NCBI GenBank assembly: GCA_045537165.1
Contig: JAZSPA010000027.1
Location: forward strand, 67-64,066
DNA: 64,000 bases
Direction of reading: 5' to 3'
From: Faecousia sp.
GTDB taxonomy: Bacteria > Bacillota > Clostridia > Oscillospirales > Oscillospiraceae
In this document: in pieces, positions 30,849 to 40,740 of the stretch
Layout of the letters: each line of letters opens with the position of its first letter
Numbering within the stretch: position 1 is the stretch's first letter
Notes under the pieces: model-generated
The model's input: only the letters and a program-made list of their open reading frames with translations
What the model was told of the DNA's origin: nothing
Databases searched by the model: none
Translations under genes and position numbers: made by a program

Positions 30849-30979
30849 AACAAAAATATGTCCCCAATTGTGTAAATGCCGCAATTGGGGCATTCTATTT
30901 GTGTGCTGCGCCCCCTATTGACGGCTTAATCAAAATAAAATATAATAAAACTAACCATACAACCCTAAAGGAGTGTCCT

Positions 30980-31756
30980 ATGGATCCGGTAAGAATCATA
31001 TTTTTTGATGTAGACGGCACATTGATAGACCCTGCCACCGGCTGCATTTCCCATAAGACCTTTGAAGCCCTGCATCGGCTGCAGCAAAAAGGCATCCTGA
31101 TCTGTATTGCCACCGGCCGTCCCACCGCCAGCCTTCCGAATCTGAAAGATCTGCGTCCGGATGTCATCTGCGCCTTTAACGGCTCTCTATGCTACACGGA
31201 TAGCGCCATTATTCATTCTGTCCCCATTAACCGGCAGGATGTAGCCACGGTAATGGAAAATGCCGCCCGTATAGGCCGTCCGGTTTCCCTGGCGACAAAA
31301 GACCGATTGGTTGCCAACGGCATTGACAAAGACCTATCCGACTATTATCGGCTTGCCGACCTGACCTTAACGGTTTCCGAAGATTTTGATAAGGCCAGTC
31401 AGGAAGATATTTATCAAATTATGCTGGGTTACCGGGAAGGCGACCGGGCGCAGCTGCTGCAAAATACCAGGCAAGTAAAAATCGCTCTGTCATGGGACAG
31501 AGCAGCGGACGTAATCCCTTCAAAAAGTGGAAAAGGCAATGCCATCAGCAAAATTCTTTCCTATTTTGACCTGCAGGTATCGCAGGCTATGGCCTTTGGC
31601 GACAGCTACAACGATATCCAGATGCTCCAGGCAGTAGGCCACGGTATTGCTATGGGAAATGCTCCGGAAGAACTAAAAGCAGTTGCGGCAGAGGTATGCG
31701 GCTCCGTATCCCAGGATGGCATCTATCACTACTGTCTTACAAAAGGTCTTATATAA
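30980..31756 (+). CDS. Cof-type HAD-IIB hydrolase
   Basis: FFDVDGTL, ATGR, KGNA, AFGDSYNDIQML, AMGNA. Confidence 0.9.
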   Translation: MDPVRIIFFDVDGTLIDPATGCISHKTFEALHRLQQKGILICIATGRPTASLPNLKDLRPDVICAFNGSLCYTDSAIIHSVPINRQDVATVMENAARIGRPVSLATKDRLVANGIDKDLSDYYRLADLTLTVSEDFDKASQEDIYQIMLGYREGDRAQLLQNTRQVKIALSWDRAADVIPSKSGKGNAISKILSYFDLQVSQAMAFGDSYNDIQMLQAVGHGIAMGNAPEELKAVAAEVCGSVSQDGIYHYCLTKGLI

Positions 31757-31827
31757 TGTGACCTTATCACAGATATTCTTGCAAGCTGTGTTATAATAAA
31801 GAAAAACAATCTAGGGAGGTTATTTAT

Positions 31828-32958
31828 ATGTTCTATAAAAATGCCCGAATCTTTTGTAACGACTTTTCTTTCCATAAAGGCGCTTTTGAAGTAGTAGACG
31901 GCAAGTTCGGCCAGATCTTGCCGGAAAATGTGCCTGCAGATGCCATCGACCTGCAGGGCGCTACCGTGATCCCCGGTCTTGTTGACGTGCACAGCCACGG
32001 CAACTCCGGTTTTGACTTTTCTGACGGCGATTACGAAGGTCTGAAGGCTATGGCAGCCTACTATGCTTCCGTTGGCGTTACCTCTTTTGCCCCCGCTTCC
32101 ATGACCCTGCCTTACGAAGTGCTGGAAAAGGCCTTTGGGAATGCAAGACGATTGGTAGACGAAAACCTGGAGGGGCTGAGCGTACTGCGGGGCATCCAGA
32201 TGGAAGGCCCCTACTTCTCCTACAAAAAGCGGGGCGCGCAGAACCCCGATTACCTGAAAGAACCGGACTTTGAAGGCTTCAAAGCTTTGCAGGATGGCTG
32301 CGGTGGTCTGGTGCGGATCGTGGATATCGCCCCCGAGCTGCCCGGCGCTGAGGAATTTGTAAAGCAGGCCAAGGAGCTTTGCACCGTTTCCATCGCCCAC
32401 ACCGATTCTGACTATGACCACGCCAAGGCTGCCATTGATGCCGGTGTGACCCACCTGACCCACCTGTATAACGCCATGCCCGGCATCCACCACCGCAACC
32501 CCGGTGTGATCCCCGCCGCGGCAGAAAACCCCAATGTGCGGGTAGAACTGATCTGCGATGGCTTGCACGCCCACCCTGCTATGGTGCGGTTTGCCTTCTC
32601 CATCTTTGGCGGTGAGCGGATGGTGCTGGTTTCCGATTCCGGCCGCTGCTGCGGCATGGATGATGGTAGTAAGTTTGAACTTGGCGGCCAGGATGCCTGG
32701 CTGCGAGACGGCATCGCCCGCCTGGCCGACGGCACTATTGCCTGCTCTGCAGTAAACCTTTATGACAGCATGGTCAATGCCATCAAATTCGGTATCAAAG
32801 AAGAAGACGCCGTTCGGGCCTCTTCCTATAACCCCGCCTGCGCCATCAGCGCCCAGGACAAGGTTGGTTCTATCGAAACCGGCAAGGTGGCAGACTTCCT
32901 GATCTGCTCCCCGGATTACGCCCACAGACGGGTATTCCTGGCAGGTAAGGAACTGTAA
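31828..32958 (+). CDS. nagA: N-acetylglucosamine-6-phosphate deacetylase
   Basis: PGLVDVHSHG, MEGPY, IAPE, THLYNAM, ICDGLH. Confidence 0.93.
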   Translation: MFYKNARIFCNDFSFHKGAFEVVDGKFGQILPENVPADAIDLQGATVIPGLVDVHSHGNSGFDFSDGDYEGLKAMAAYYASVGVTSFAPASMTLPYEVLEKAFGNARRLVDENLEGLSVLRGIQMEGPYFSYKKRGAQNPDYLKEPDFEGFKALQDGCGGLVRIVDIAPELPGAEEFVKQAKELCTVSIAHTDSDYDHAKAAIDAGVTHLTHLYNAMPGIHHRNPGVIPAAAENPNVRVELICDGLHAHPAMVRFAFSIFGGERMVLVSDSGRCCGMDDGSKFELGGQDAWLRDGIARLADGTIACSAVNLYDSMVNAIKFGIKEEDAVRASSYNPACAISAQDKVGSIETGKVADFLICSPDYAHRRVFLAGKEL

Positions 32959-32976
32959 TAATTGGGAGGTTTCCCT

Positions 32977-33726
32977 ATGGCAAACCTATTGGAAGTGTGT
33001 GTGGATTCTTTGGCTTCTGCCAGAGCAGCCATCAAAGGCGGCGCTGACCGGCTGGAGCTTTGCAGCGCCCTGGCCGTAGGCGGCCTGACCCCTTATACGG
33101 AATTGCTAAAACAAATCCGCGAGGAAAGCAGCATTCCGATCCGCTGCCTGATGCGTCCCCGCGCCGGTGATTTCCTTTATACGCAAGAAGAAATCCAGCT
33201 GATGGCCGGGCAGATCAAAAGCCTGCGTAATGCAGGCGCCGACGGCTTTGTGATCGGCTGTTTAACCGCCCAGGGTGAACTGAATGCGGCTGCTATGAAG
33301 CCTCTGCTGGAGGCAGCGCAGGGCTGTGGCGTCACCCTGCACCGATGTGTCGATGTATCCCAAGATCCCTGCAAGACCTATTTGGATGCCAAAGCAATTG
33401 GCATCGACACGGTGCTTACCAGCGGCGCAGCAAGCTCCTGCCTGGAGGGATTGGAAACCATTCGCAAGCTTTTGCAGCTGCGAGATAGGGAAAACGGCCC
33501 GGAAGTGCTCATTGGTGCAGGTGTAAACGCTGCCGCCATTACTTCCATTCGCAAAGCCTGTCCTCAGGCCCGTGCTTTCCACATGAGCGGCAAAGCCGAT
33601 ATAGAAAGCGGTATGCTTTTCCGTCGGGAAAACGTGCCTATGGGCATCCCCGGCCTGGATGAATGGCATATACAGCTTACCAGCGCAGAGAAAGTCCATG
33701 CCGCCCGACTTGCATTAGATACATAA
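32977..33726 (+). CDS. cutC: CutC family protein
   Basis: LEVCVDS, GADRLELC, GGLTP, RPRAGDFLY, TLHR, VLTSG. Confidence 0.9.
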   Translation: MANLLEVCVDSLASARAAIKGGADRLELCSALAVGGLTPYTELLKQIREESSIPIRCLMRPRAGDFLYTQEEIQLMAGQIKSLRNAGADGFVIGCLTAQGELNAAAMKPLLEAAQGCGVTLHRCVDVSQDPCKTYLDAKAIGIDTVLTSGAASSCLEGLETIRKLLQLRDRENGPEVLIGAGVNAAAITSIRKACPQARAFHMSGKADIESGMLFRRENVPMGIPGLDEWHIQLTSAEKVHAARLALDT

Positions 33727-33831
33727 AAAAACACCGCCAACGGGCGGTGTTTTTTTAAAAAAGCTGCCCCTGCGTTACCGCAGGGGCAGCACCGTTATTT
33801 ACCGCGTGGGCCGCAGCTTTGCAGTTAAGTC

Positions 33832-35304
33832 TTACTCAGCGATCTTCTTGAACTCTTCGTAGACGAACTGTACCTTAGGTCCGATAACGACCTGCACAGC
33901 GGTCTTACCGGGACGGATTACGCCGGAAGCGCCGGAGGACTTGATCTTCTTCTCGTCAACCAGCAGGCGGTCCTTAACTTCCAGTCTCAGACGGGTGATG
34001 CAGTGATCGACAGAAGCGATGTTCTCCTTACCGCCCAGGCCTTCCAGAATGATCTGGGCCATAGCGGTGTAGTCGTCGTTAGCCAGCTCGATCTTCAGCT
34101 CGCCTTCCTGATCATCTTCACGGCCGGGGGTCTTCAGATCCCACTTGGTGATGGCGAAACGGAATACGAAGTAGAAGACAACAAATGCAGCGATGCCCAG
34201 GGGGATGATCAGCCAGGTGTTGGCTGCTGCGGGCAGGGATGCAGAGAACAGCAGGTCAGTTGCACCGGCGGAGAAGCAGAAGCCAGCGCGGAAGCCCAGA
34301 GCAACGGTAATGGTAGTGAAGATACCGTACAGCAGAGCGTAAACAACGTACAGGGGGAATGCCAGGAACATAAATGCGAACTCGAAGGGCTCGGTAACGC
34401 CGCAGATGAATGCACACAGAGCAGCGGAGCCAACGATACCGGCAGCGATCTTACGCTTGTTGGTCTTAGCAGTCTGGATAATAGCCAGAGCAGCGCCGGG
34501 GATACCGAACATCATGCAGGGGAAGAAGCCTGCCATGTACATACCAACAGACCAACCCATATCAGCGGAGGTCTTGCCAGCCCAGTAAGCGCCCAGGTCG
34601 CCCAGACCGATGGTGTCAAACCAGAACACATTGTTCAGAGCGTGGTGCAGACCGGTGGGGATCAGCAGACGGTTCAGGAAAGCGTAGATACCTGCGCCAA
34701 CAGCGTCGATGCTGACGATAGCCTGACCCAGAGCATACAGGCCCTTGAAGATCAGAGGCCATACGAACAGCAGAACTGCGGAAACAACAATGGAAACCAC
34801 AGCGGTCACGATAGCGACGGAGCGCTTGCCGCTAAAGAATGCCAGAGCGTCAGGCAGCTTGGTGCCCTTAAACTTGTTGTAGCAAATACCGCCGATGATA
34901 CCAGCCAGAATGCCGATGAATGCGTTGCCGGCAACCTTGGAGAATGCCACTTCATTAATCTTTTCAGCAATCATGCTGGGAGCGATAACGCCCACGGAGC
35001 CGGGAGCCAGCAAAGTGGTGATCATCAGGTAAGAAACGATACCTGCCAGACCGGCAGTGCCATCGTTGTCCTTAGCCAGGCCAACGCCAACACCAACGGC
35101 GAACAGGATTGCCATGTTGTCGATCAGGGCGCCGCCTGCCTTAACCAGGAAGAAGCCGATGATCTGAAGAATGCCTTCGGGAGTACCACCCTGCATGGTG
35201 GAGGGACACAGTAAGTAGCCCAAGCCCATCAGGATACCGCAGATGGGAAGTGCAGCGACGGGAAGCATCATAGCTTTGCCCAATTTCTGCAGAGTTTTCA
35301 TCAT
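33832..35304 (-). CDS. nagE: PTS GlcNAc-type EIICB
   Basis: LQKLGKAMMLPVA, FFSGKR, GLHHALN, GVTEPFEF, KTPGRE, HCITRLR; adjacent to nagA. Confidence 0.85.
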   Translation of the reverse strand: MMKTLQKLGKAMMLPVAALPICGILMGLGYLLCPSTMQGGTPEGILQIIGFFLVKAGGALIDNMAILFAVGVGVGLAKDNDGTAGLAGIVSYLMITTLLAPGSVGVIAPSMIAEKINEVAFSKVAGNAFIGILAGIIGGICYNKFKGTKLPDALAFFSGKRSVAIVTAVVSIVVSAVLLFVWPLIFKGLYALGQAIVSIDAVGAGIYAFLNRLLIPTGLHHALNNVFWFDTIGLGDLGAYWAGKTSADMGWSVGMYMAGFFPCMMFGIPGAALAIIQTAKTNKRKIAAGIVGSAALCAFICGVTEPFEFAFMFLAFPLYVVYALLYGIFTTITVALGFRAGFCFSAGATDLLFSASLPAAANTWLIIPLGIAAFVVFYFVFRFAITKWDLKTPGREDDQEGELKIELANDDYTAMAQIILEGLGGKENIASVDHCITRLRLEVKDRLLVDEKKIKSSGASGVIRPGKTAVQVVIGPKVQFVYEEFKKIAE

Positions 35305-35384
35305 AATGAAATATCCTCCTTAAAAATCTCTTTTGCCTTTATATAAGACCGTCGGCCCACGACAGTCATTTGGCCAAAAATAAG

Positions 35385-35642
35385 TTACAGATTGGCACTG
35401 AGGAAAGCCTGCAGTTCTGCAGCAGCCTTCTCTTCGTCGGCGCCGTCTATGGTAATGGTCAGCTCCATGCCCTGCTTGGCAGCCAGCTTCATCAGAGCCA
35501 TCAGGCGGCGTGCATCAGCAGTGCCGGTGGGAGCGGTGACGGTGATCTTGGATGCGTAGGGAGCCACAGCCTTCACCAGCATACCGGCGGGGCGGGCGTG
35601 CATACCAAGGGGATCAGTAATGACATATTTGATTTCTTTCAT
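35385..35642 (-). CDS. ptsH: HPr phosphocarrier (His15 present, Arg at position 46)
   Basis: LGMHARPA; ADARRLMALM in place of the usual KSIM. Confidence 0.88.
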   Translation of the reverse strand: MKEIKYVITDPLGMHARPAGMLVKAVAPYASKITVTAPTGTADARRLMALMKLAAKQGMELTITIDGADEEKAAAELQAFLSANL

Positions 35643-35669
35643 TTGGTTATTTCCTCACTTTCGTGATTT

Positions 35670-37283
35670 TTAAACATTAGAATCGCAAACCAGCTTCCGG
35701 GTTTCCAAGATCCGGCCGGCGGCCATACTCAGCTCGGTGTAGCCCATTTCAATGAACTTCTCCTGCAGCTTGGGGTCAGCGCCCAATTCGCCGCAAATAC
35801 CGGCCCAGATGCCATTATCCTGAGCAGCCTTTGCGATATGGGCCATCAAAGCCAGCAGCGCCGGATGGTAAGGATCGTAGAATTCACCCAGCTTGGCATT
35901 CTGCCGGTCAACCGCCAGGGTGTACTGGGTCAAATCGTTAGTACCAACAGAGAAGAATGCGGCTTCCTTAGCCAGCTCGTGGGCAAGAACAGCAGCAGCA
36001 GGGGTTTCCACCATCACGCCGATGGGCACTTCCTTGGTGGGGCAGCCCTCGTCCTCCAGCTCCTTACGCACCTTGGCACACAGGGCCTTAGCCGCCTTCA
36101 GCTCCCAAACGGATGCCACCATGGGGAACATCACGTGAAGGTTGCCGTAAGCAGAAGCCCGATAAATCGCCCGCAGCTGAGGGCGGAAGATCTCCTCCCG
36201 AGTCAGGCAAATACGCAGGCCACGCAGACCCAAAGCAGGGTTTTCCTCTGCTTCCAGGCCCATATAGCTCACTTGCTTGTCAGCGCCAATATCCAAGGTG
36301 CGGATAACCACAGGCCGATCGCCCATCGTCTGGGCAACCTTTTTATAAGCTTCAAACAGCTCATCTTCTGTGGGCAGGGAATCTCTGCCCAGATAAAGGA
36401 ACTCACTACGCATCAGGCCAACGCCCTCAGCATCTGCCTTAATGGCGTCCTCTGCATCCTCAGGGCAGCCGATGTTTGCCACCAGCAGCACCTTCTTGCC
36501 TGATTTGGTAATGCTTTCCTTGCCCCGGTAGGCTTCCAGGGCACTGCGCTCAGCAGCAGCTTCTGCCTGCTTGACGCGGAGCATTGCCAAGGTTTCTTCA
36601 TCAGGGTCAGCATACCAAGTGCCGGTAAAGCCGTCAACGGCCAACACTTCACAGCCCTCGGCATCTTCAAAGGTGATGTCAGACTGCACCAAAGAAGGGA
36701 TATTCAAGGTTCTTGCCAAAATAGCGGTATGGCTGGAAGAAGAACCCTGCCGGGTCACAAAAGCCATGATCCGATCTCTGGGCAGCTGAATAGTCTCACT
36801 GGGAGCCAGATCCTCCGCTACCAGCAGGAAAGCGCCCTCCGGCAGCTGGAAGCCGGTGTTTCCGCAGAGGATATCATAAAGCCGGTGGGACATATCCCGG
36901 ATATCCGCGCTTCTTGCATTCATGTACTCATCGTCCATAGCAGCAAACACCTGGGCAAATTCTTCGCCGGTGTCCAAAGCTGCGATGGCAGCGGCTGCGC
37001 CATCTTCGATAGCCATATTTACGCCGTCTAAGTAATCCAAATCGTCCAGCATCAAAAGCTGCACTTCCACAATCGCTGCCTGCTCTTCACCGATCTCTAC
37101 CTTTGCCTTTTCAAACAAAGCGGTGAGCTGCTCACGGGCAGTTTCCAGGGCAGCTTCGAACTTTGCCTTTTCTACAGCCACATCGCCGGAGGAAACAGGC
37201 AGGGTACGCTGCGCCTTACGGTAAACAACGGCAGGACCGATGGCTACGCCGGGAAATACCGGCAAACCGATACCTTTTTTCAT
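35670..37283 (-). CDS. ptsI: PTS enzyme I
   Basis: SHTAILAR, GVGLMRSEFL, RTLDIGADK, EENPALGLRG, FSVGTNDL, GICGE. Confidence 0.95.
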   Translation of the reverse strand: MKKGIGLPVFPGVAIGPAVVYRKAQRTLPVSSGDVAVEKAKFEAALETAREQLTALFEKAKVEIGEEQAAIVEVQLLMLDDLDYLDGVNMAIEDGAAAAIAALDTGEEFAQVFAAMDDEYMNARSADIRDMSHRLYDILCGNTGFQLPEGAFLLVAEDLAPSETIQLPRDRIMAFVTRQGSSSSHTAILARTLNIPSLVQSDITFEDAEGCEVLAVDGFTGTWYADPDEETLAMLRVKQAEAAAERSALEAYRGKESITKSGKKVLLVANIGCPEDAEDAIKADAEGVGLMRSEFLYLGRDSLPTEDELFEAYKKVAQTMGDRPVVIRTLDIGADKQVSYMGLEAEENPALGLRGLRICLTREEIFRPQLRAIYRASAYGNLHVMFPMVASVWELKAAKALCAKVRKELEDEGCPTKEVPIGVMVETPAAAVLAHELAKEAAFFSVGTNDLTQYTLAVDRQNAKLGEFYDPYHPALLALMAHIAKAAQDNGIWAGICGELGADPKLQEKFIEMGYTELSMAAGRILETRKLVCDSNV

Positions 37284-37768
37284 TACTTTGCCAACTCCAT
37301 CACCACATCGTCATTGGTAACGTCTTTACCGACGATGGTATTGAAAGTAGAATAATCGTCTGTATTGCAAACCACCATAGGGGTGATGGTGGGAAGGCCC
37401 GCAGCCTTAACGGCTTCCAGGTCTACTTCTATCAGTAGCTGACCCTTCTTGACCTTATCGCCATTGGCGACGTGAACGGTAAAGGGCTTACCCTCCAGAC
37501 TGACGGTCTCCAAACCAACGTGGATCAGAATCTCAGCGCCGCAATCGGCAACCAGGCTCACTGCGTGGCCGGTGGTAAACATCATATCCACAGTGGCATC
37601 ACAGGGGGCGTAAACCTTGCCCTCTGCCGGCTCAATGGCGATACCGTTGCCCAGCATACCCTCTGCAAAGGTGGGATCCGGCACTTCGGTAATGGCTACA
37701 GCCTTACCTGCCATAGGCGCGTAAAAATCGTCTGTGTTCTTACCAAACAGTTTCTTAAACAAGCCCAT
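37283..37768 (-). CDS. PTS glucose-family EIIA
   Basis: VPDPTFAEGMLG, TGHA, EILIHVGLETV. Confidence 0.9.
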   Translation of the reverse strand: MGLFKKLFGKNTDDFYAPMAGKAVAITEVPDPTFAEGMLGNGIAIEPAEGKVYAPCDATVDMMFTTGHAVSLVADCGAEILIHVGLETVSLEGKPFTVHVANGDKVKKGQLLIEVDLEAVKAAGLPTITPMVVCNTDDYSTFNTIVGKDVTNDDVVMELAK

Positions 37769-38005
37769 AAAGAAACAACATCCTTTCTGTGTGCAGACAA
37801 TGTCTCACAGTTATCATATATGTAAAGAATATCAAAAATACCCACTTATGTCAATCAGCCCAGGCGTTTCCTTAGCCTCTACGGCGCATTTTCGGCGAAA
37901 GCAACATTATTTTCAAACACTTTTTGTGCATTGTGACAATAATAAAAATTTTTGCCCCAAAAGTTTAATTTTTGTGATATACTTAATAAAAAAGGGGGTT
38001 ATTTT

Positions 38006-38932
38006 ATGAAAAGAATATTAGATTGTCAAGCTTCCGATTTTCGCAATATGTCCCGGCAAGAGCTTCTGGATGCCATTTCCGGCAGCGAGGGTCGCACCGT
38101 AGCCTGCGAAACCATCGGCTCTATTATGCCTATGCTGGGAGATATCACCAACGCAGAATTTGTTTCCGCTATGGGTGCGGATATTCTGCTGCTGAATATG
38201 TTTGACGTGCAAAATCCCAAAATTCTAGGGCTTCCCAAGGTAGAACCGGAAAATGTGATCCACAAGCTCAGGGAGCTCACCGGCCGCCCCATCGGCATTA
38301 ACTTAGAGCCTGTGGAGCAAGTGCTTTCTTCCCAAGACCCGGAAGAGAATATGTGGGCTATGACGGGCGGCAGAAAAGCCACTTTGGAAAACGCCAAAAA
38401 GGCTGCCGATATGGGTGTAAACTTTATTCTGCTTACCGGCAACCCCGGCATCGGTGTCACCAACGAAGCCATTGAGCAGACCCTTCGGGTATATAAGGAA
38501 GCGCTGGGTGACCGGCTCATCCTTGCCGCCGGCAAGATGCACGCCTCCGGCATCCTTACGGAAGGCGCAGAAAAGATCATCACCAAGGAAGACATTTCTG
38601 CCTTTGCCGCCGCCGGCGCAGACATCATCCTCCTCCCTGCCCCCGGCACAGTGCCCGGCATCACCGTAGAATACGTGCGGGAGCTGGTAAACTATGCCCA
38701 CAGCTTAGGGTGCCTGACTATCACCGCCATCGGCACTTCCCAGGAAGGCGCAGACGTTGCCACCATCCGACAGATCGCCCTGATGTGCAAAATGACCGGC
38801 ACGGATATCCACCATTTAGGCGATGCCGGTTACGGCGGTATGTCGCTGCCTGAAAATATCCAGGCCTATTCCATCGCCATCCGCGGTATCCGCCACACCT
38901 ACCGCCGCATGGCCGGCTCTGTTAACCGCTGA
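38006..38932 (+). CDS. Conserved uncharacterised TIM-barrel-like protein
   Basis: SEGR, GADILLLN, GINLEP, LTGNPG, AGKMH, PAPGTVPG, GTSQEGAD, RGIRHTY: motifs of a conserved Firmicutes family; function unknown. Confidence 0.6.
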   Translation: MKRILDCQASDFRNMSRQELLDAISGSEGRTVACETIGSIMPMLGDITNAEFVSAMGADILLLNMFDVQNPKILGLPKVEPENVIHKLRELTGRPIGINLEPVEQVLSSQDPEENMWAMTGGRKATLENAKKAADMGVNFILLTGNPGIGVTNEAIEQTLRVYKEALGDRLILAAGKMHASGILTEGAEKIITKEDISAFAAAGADIILLPAPGTVPGITVEYVRELVNYAHSLGCLTITAIGTSQEGADVATIRQIALMCKMTGTDIHHLGDAGYGGMSLPENIQAYSIAIRGIRHTYRRMAGSVNR

Positions 38933-39091
38933 GCTATATATTGCAAAAGCCCCGTAAGAATATCTTACGGGGCGTTTTTTCCATTTTTTGCGTATATTTG
39001 CAAAATGATACAATCATATATCTTGCATTTCCGGTAAAGCTATGTTTGCGGCGGAACTTTCCGTCAAAAAAGAAAAAGAGGTGTAAAGATT

Positions 39092-39286
39092 ATGAAAAAC
39101 AACAATCAGATCAATGTGCCCCAGGCTCGTGAGGCAATGGACCGTTTCAAGATGCAGGCTGCTTCCGAAGTTGGCGTTAACCTGACCAACGGTTACAACG
39201 GTCACCTGACCTCCCGTGAGGCTGGCTCCGTTGGCGGCCAGATGGTCAAGAAAATGATCGAGGCTTACGAGCAGGGCATGCAGTAA
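39092..39286 (+). CDS. Alpha/beta-type small acid-soluble spore protein
   Basis: VPQAREAMDRFKMQAASEVGV...LTSREAGSVGGQMVKKMI. Confidence 0.93.
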   Translation: MKNNNQINVPQAREAMDRFKMQAASEVGVNLTNGYNGHLTSREAGSVGGQMVKKMIEAYEQGMQ

Positions 39287-39401
39287 ATCCCAGGAACTAC
39301 CAATCGAAGCACTGCCTCCGGTTTTCCGGCGGCAGGTACATAGTTGCATTTTCCTGTGCAGTGTGTTAAAATAAATCTACACTTGCTAAGGGGGCGATAT
39401 C

Positions 39402-39767
39402 TTGGCCATTCAGGAATCCGGAGAAATGTATTTGGAATCCATCCACGTGCTGCTGCAGCAAAAGAGCGCTGTGCGTTCTGTGGACATCAGCGAATATATG
39501 GGGTATTCCAAGCCCAGTGTCAGCCGGGCTGTTGGTCTGCTGAAAAACGGCGGCTATATCCTTGTAGATAAAGATGGCTATATCACCTTAACAGAAGATG
39601 GTCTTGCCATCGCAAACAAAATTTATCAGCGGCACACCCTGATCTCCAACTTACTGGTGCAGCTGGGTGTTGACCCGGAGGTAGCCGCAGAGGATGCCTG
39701 CAAAATCGAGCACGCCATCAGCGACGAATCCTTTGAAGCCATAAGGAAATATGCTGAAAGCCTATAA
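39402..39767 (+). CDS. DtxR/MntR-family metal-dependent regulator
   Basis: ESGEMYLE, SKPSVSRA, YQRH, EDACKIEH. Confidence 0.9.
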   Translation: MAIQESGEMYLESIHVLLQQKSAVRSVDISEYMGYSKPSVSRAVGLLKNGGYILVDKDGYITLTEDGLAIANKIYQRHTLISNLLVQLGVDPEVAAEDACKIEHAISDESFEAIRKYAESL

Positions 39768-39804
39768 CAAAACGAGCAGATGCTAAGCATCTGCTCGTTT
39801 CTAT

Positions 39805-40731
39805 TTAAACTTCAACCGGAGCTTTTACCTGCCAGGAAAGGGCCTTGGGATAGAAAAACCGCAGTTTTTCCTTGGCTATGGACATTTCAATGACCTGGGC
39901 TTTCCGCAATTCACCGTCCAGGTTGATGCCGGTAGGCTTATCGCATATAATCTTCAGCTTGTCAGTACGGAAATAACGGATCAGCTTAGAAAGCTTTTTA
40001 TACTGTCCGTTTTTATATTTTCCAATAACACCGGCCACCTGCAGCCGGGAGACCTTTTCTACCAAAAGCACATCCAGCAGGCCATCGGTGGGATCAGCTT
40101 CCGGAACGGGGTTAAAGCCGCCGCCGTAGAACCGGCCGTTGCAAGCGCAGATCATGGTCTTATCCCCGTCAATCCGCTCTCCGTTTATCTCCACCACATA
40201 ATGCTCCGCAATACCCCGGATCACATTCACCACCGCAGACACAGCATAAGCCCGGAAGCCGCTGAGCAAAGGGATGCGCTTATAATTGGCAACATCGTGA
40301 CCAATGCGGGCATCCAAGCCCACAGAGCAGATATTCAGGCTGATGTCATCATTACACCGGATTAAATCAAAGGTAACTTCCTTGCAGTCCAAAAGCTTTT
40401 CCAAATCCCGGAAAGCATCCGGATCATCAAAAACCTTGGCAAAATCGTTGCCGCTGCCGCCGGAGAACACCGTCACCGCCACGTTATCAAAACCGGCAAC
40501 TCCGGACACAACTTCATTCAGCGTACCGTCGCCGCCGCAAGCATAGATGCGGTATTCCTCCCCTGTTTCAGCAGCTGCCTTTGCCAGCTCCCGACAGTTA
40601 CCCGGTGCCTGAGACACCTTGATCTCATAGTCCAGATCTCTTTCATGACAAATGGTATGGATCTGCTCAGAATACTTAGCCGTTCTGTCCCGGCTGCCCG
40701 CTGCGGGATTGATGATAAACAGATGCTTCAT
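39805..40731 (-). CDS. Diacylglycerol/lipid kinase family protein
   Basis: INPAAG, GGDGTLNEV, GSGNDFA, NGRFYGGG, NLDGE. Confidence 0.9.
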   Translation of the reverse strand: MKHLFIINPAAGSRDRTAKYSEQIHTICHERDLDYEIKVSQAPGNCRELAKAAAETGEEYRIYACGGDGTLNEVVSGVAGFDNVAVTVFSGGSGNDFAKVFDDPDAFRDLEKLLDCKEVTFDLIRCNDDISLNICSVGLDARIGHDVANYKRIPLLSGFRAYAVSAVVNVIRGIAEHYVVEINGERIDGDKTMICACNGRFYGGGFNPVPEADPTDGLLDVLLVEKVSRLQVAGVIGKYKNGQYKKLSKLIRYFRTDKLKIICDKPTGINLDGELRKAQVIEMSIAKEKLRFFYPKALSWQVKAPVEV

Positions 40732-40740
40732 AAAAGCCTC

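Noticed and set aside
13404-35214. Other long antisense ORFs (13404-14684, 17448-18335, 31729-32925, 34003-35214)
   Set aside because: Each lies opposite a well-supported gene
38992-39021. Sigma-G promoter for the SASP gene (GTATA-18 nt-CATATAT)
   Set aside because: Plausible, but the -10 match is imperfect and too weak to call
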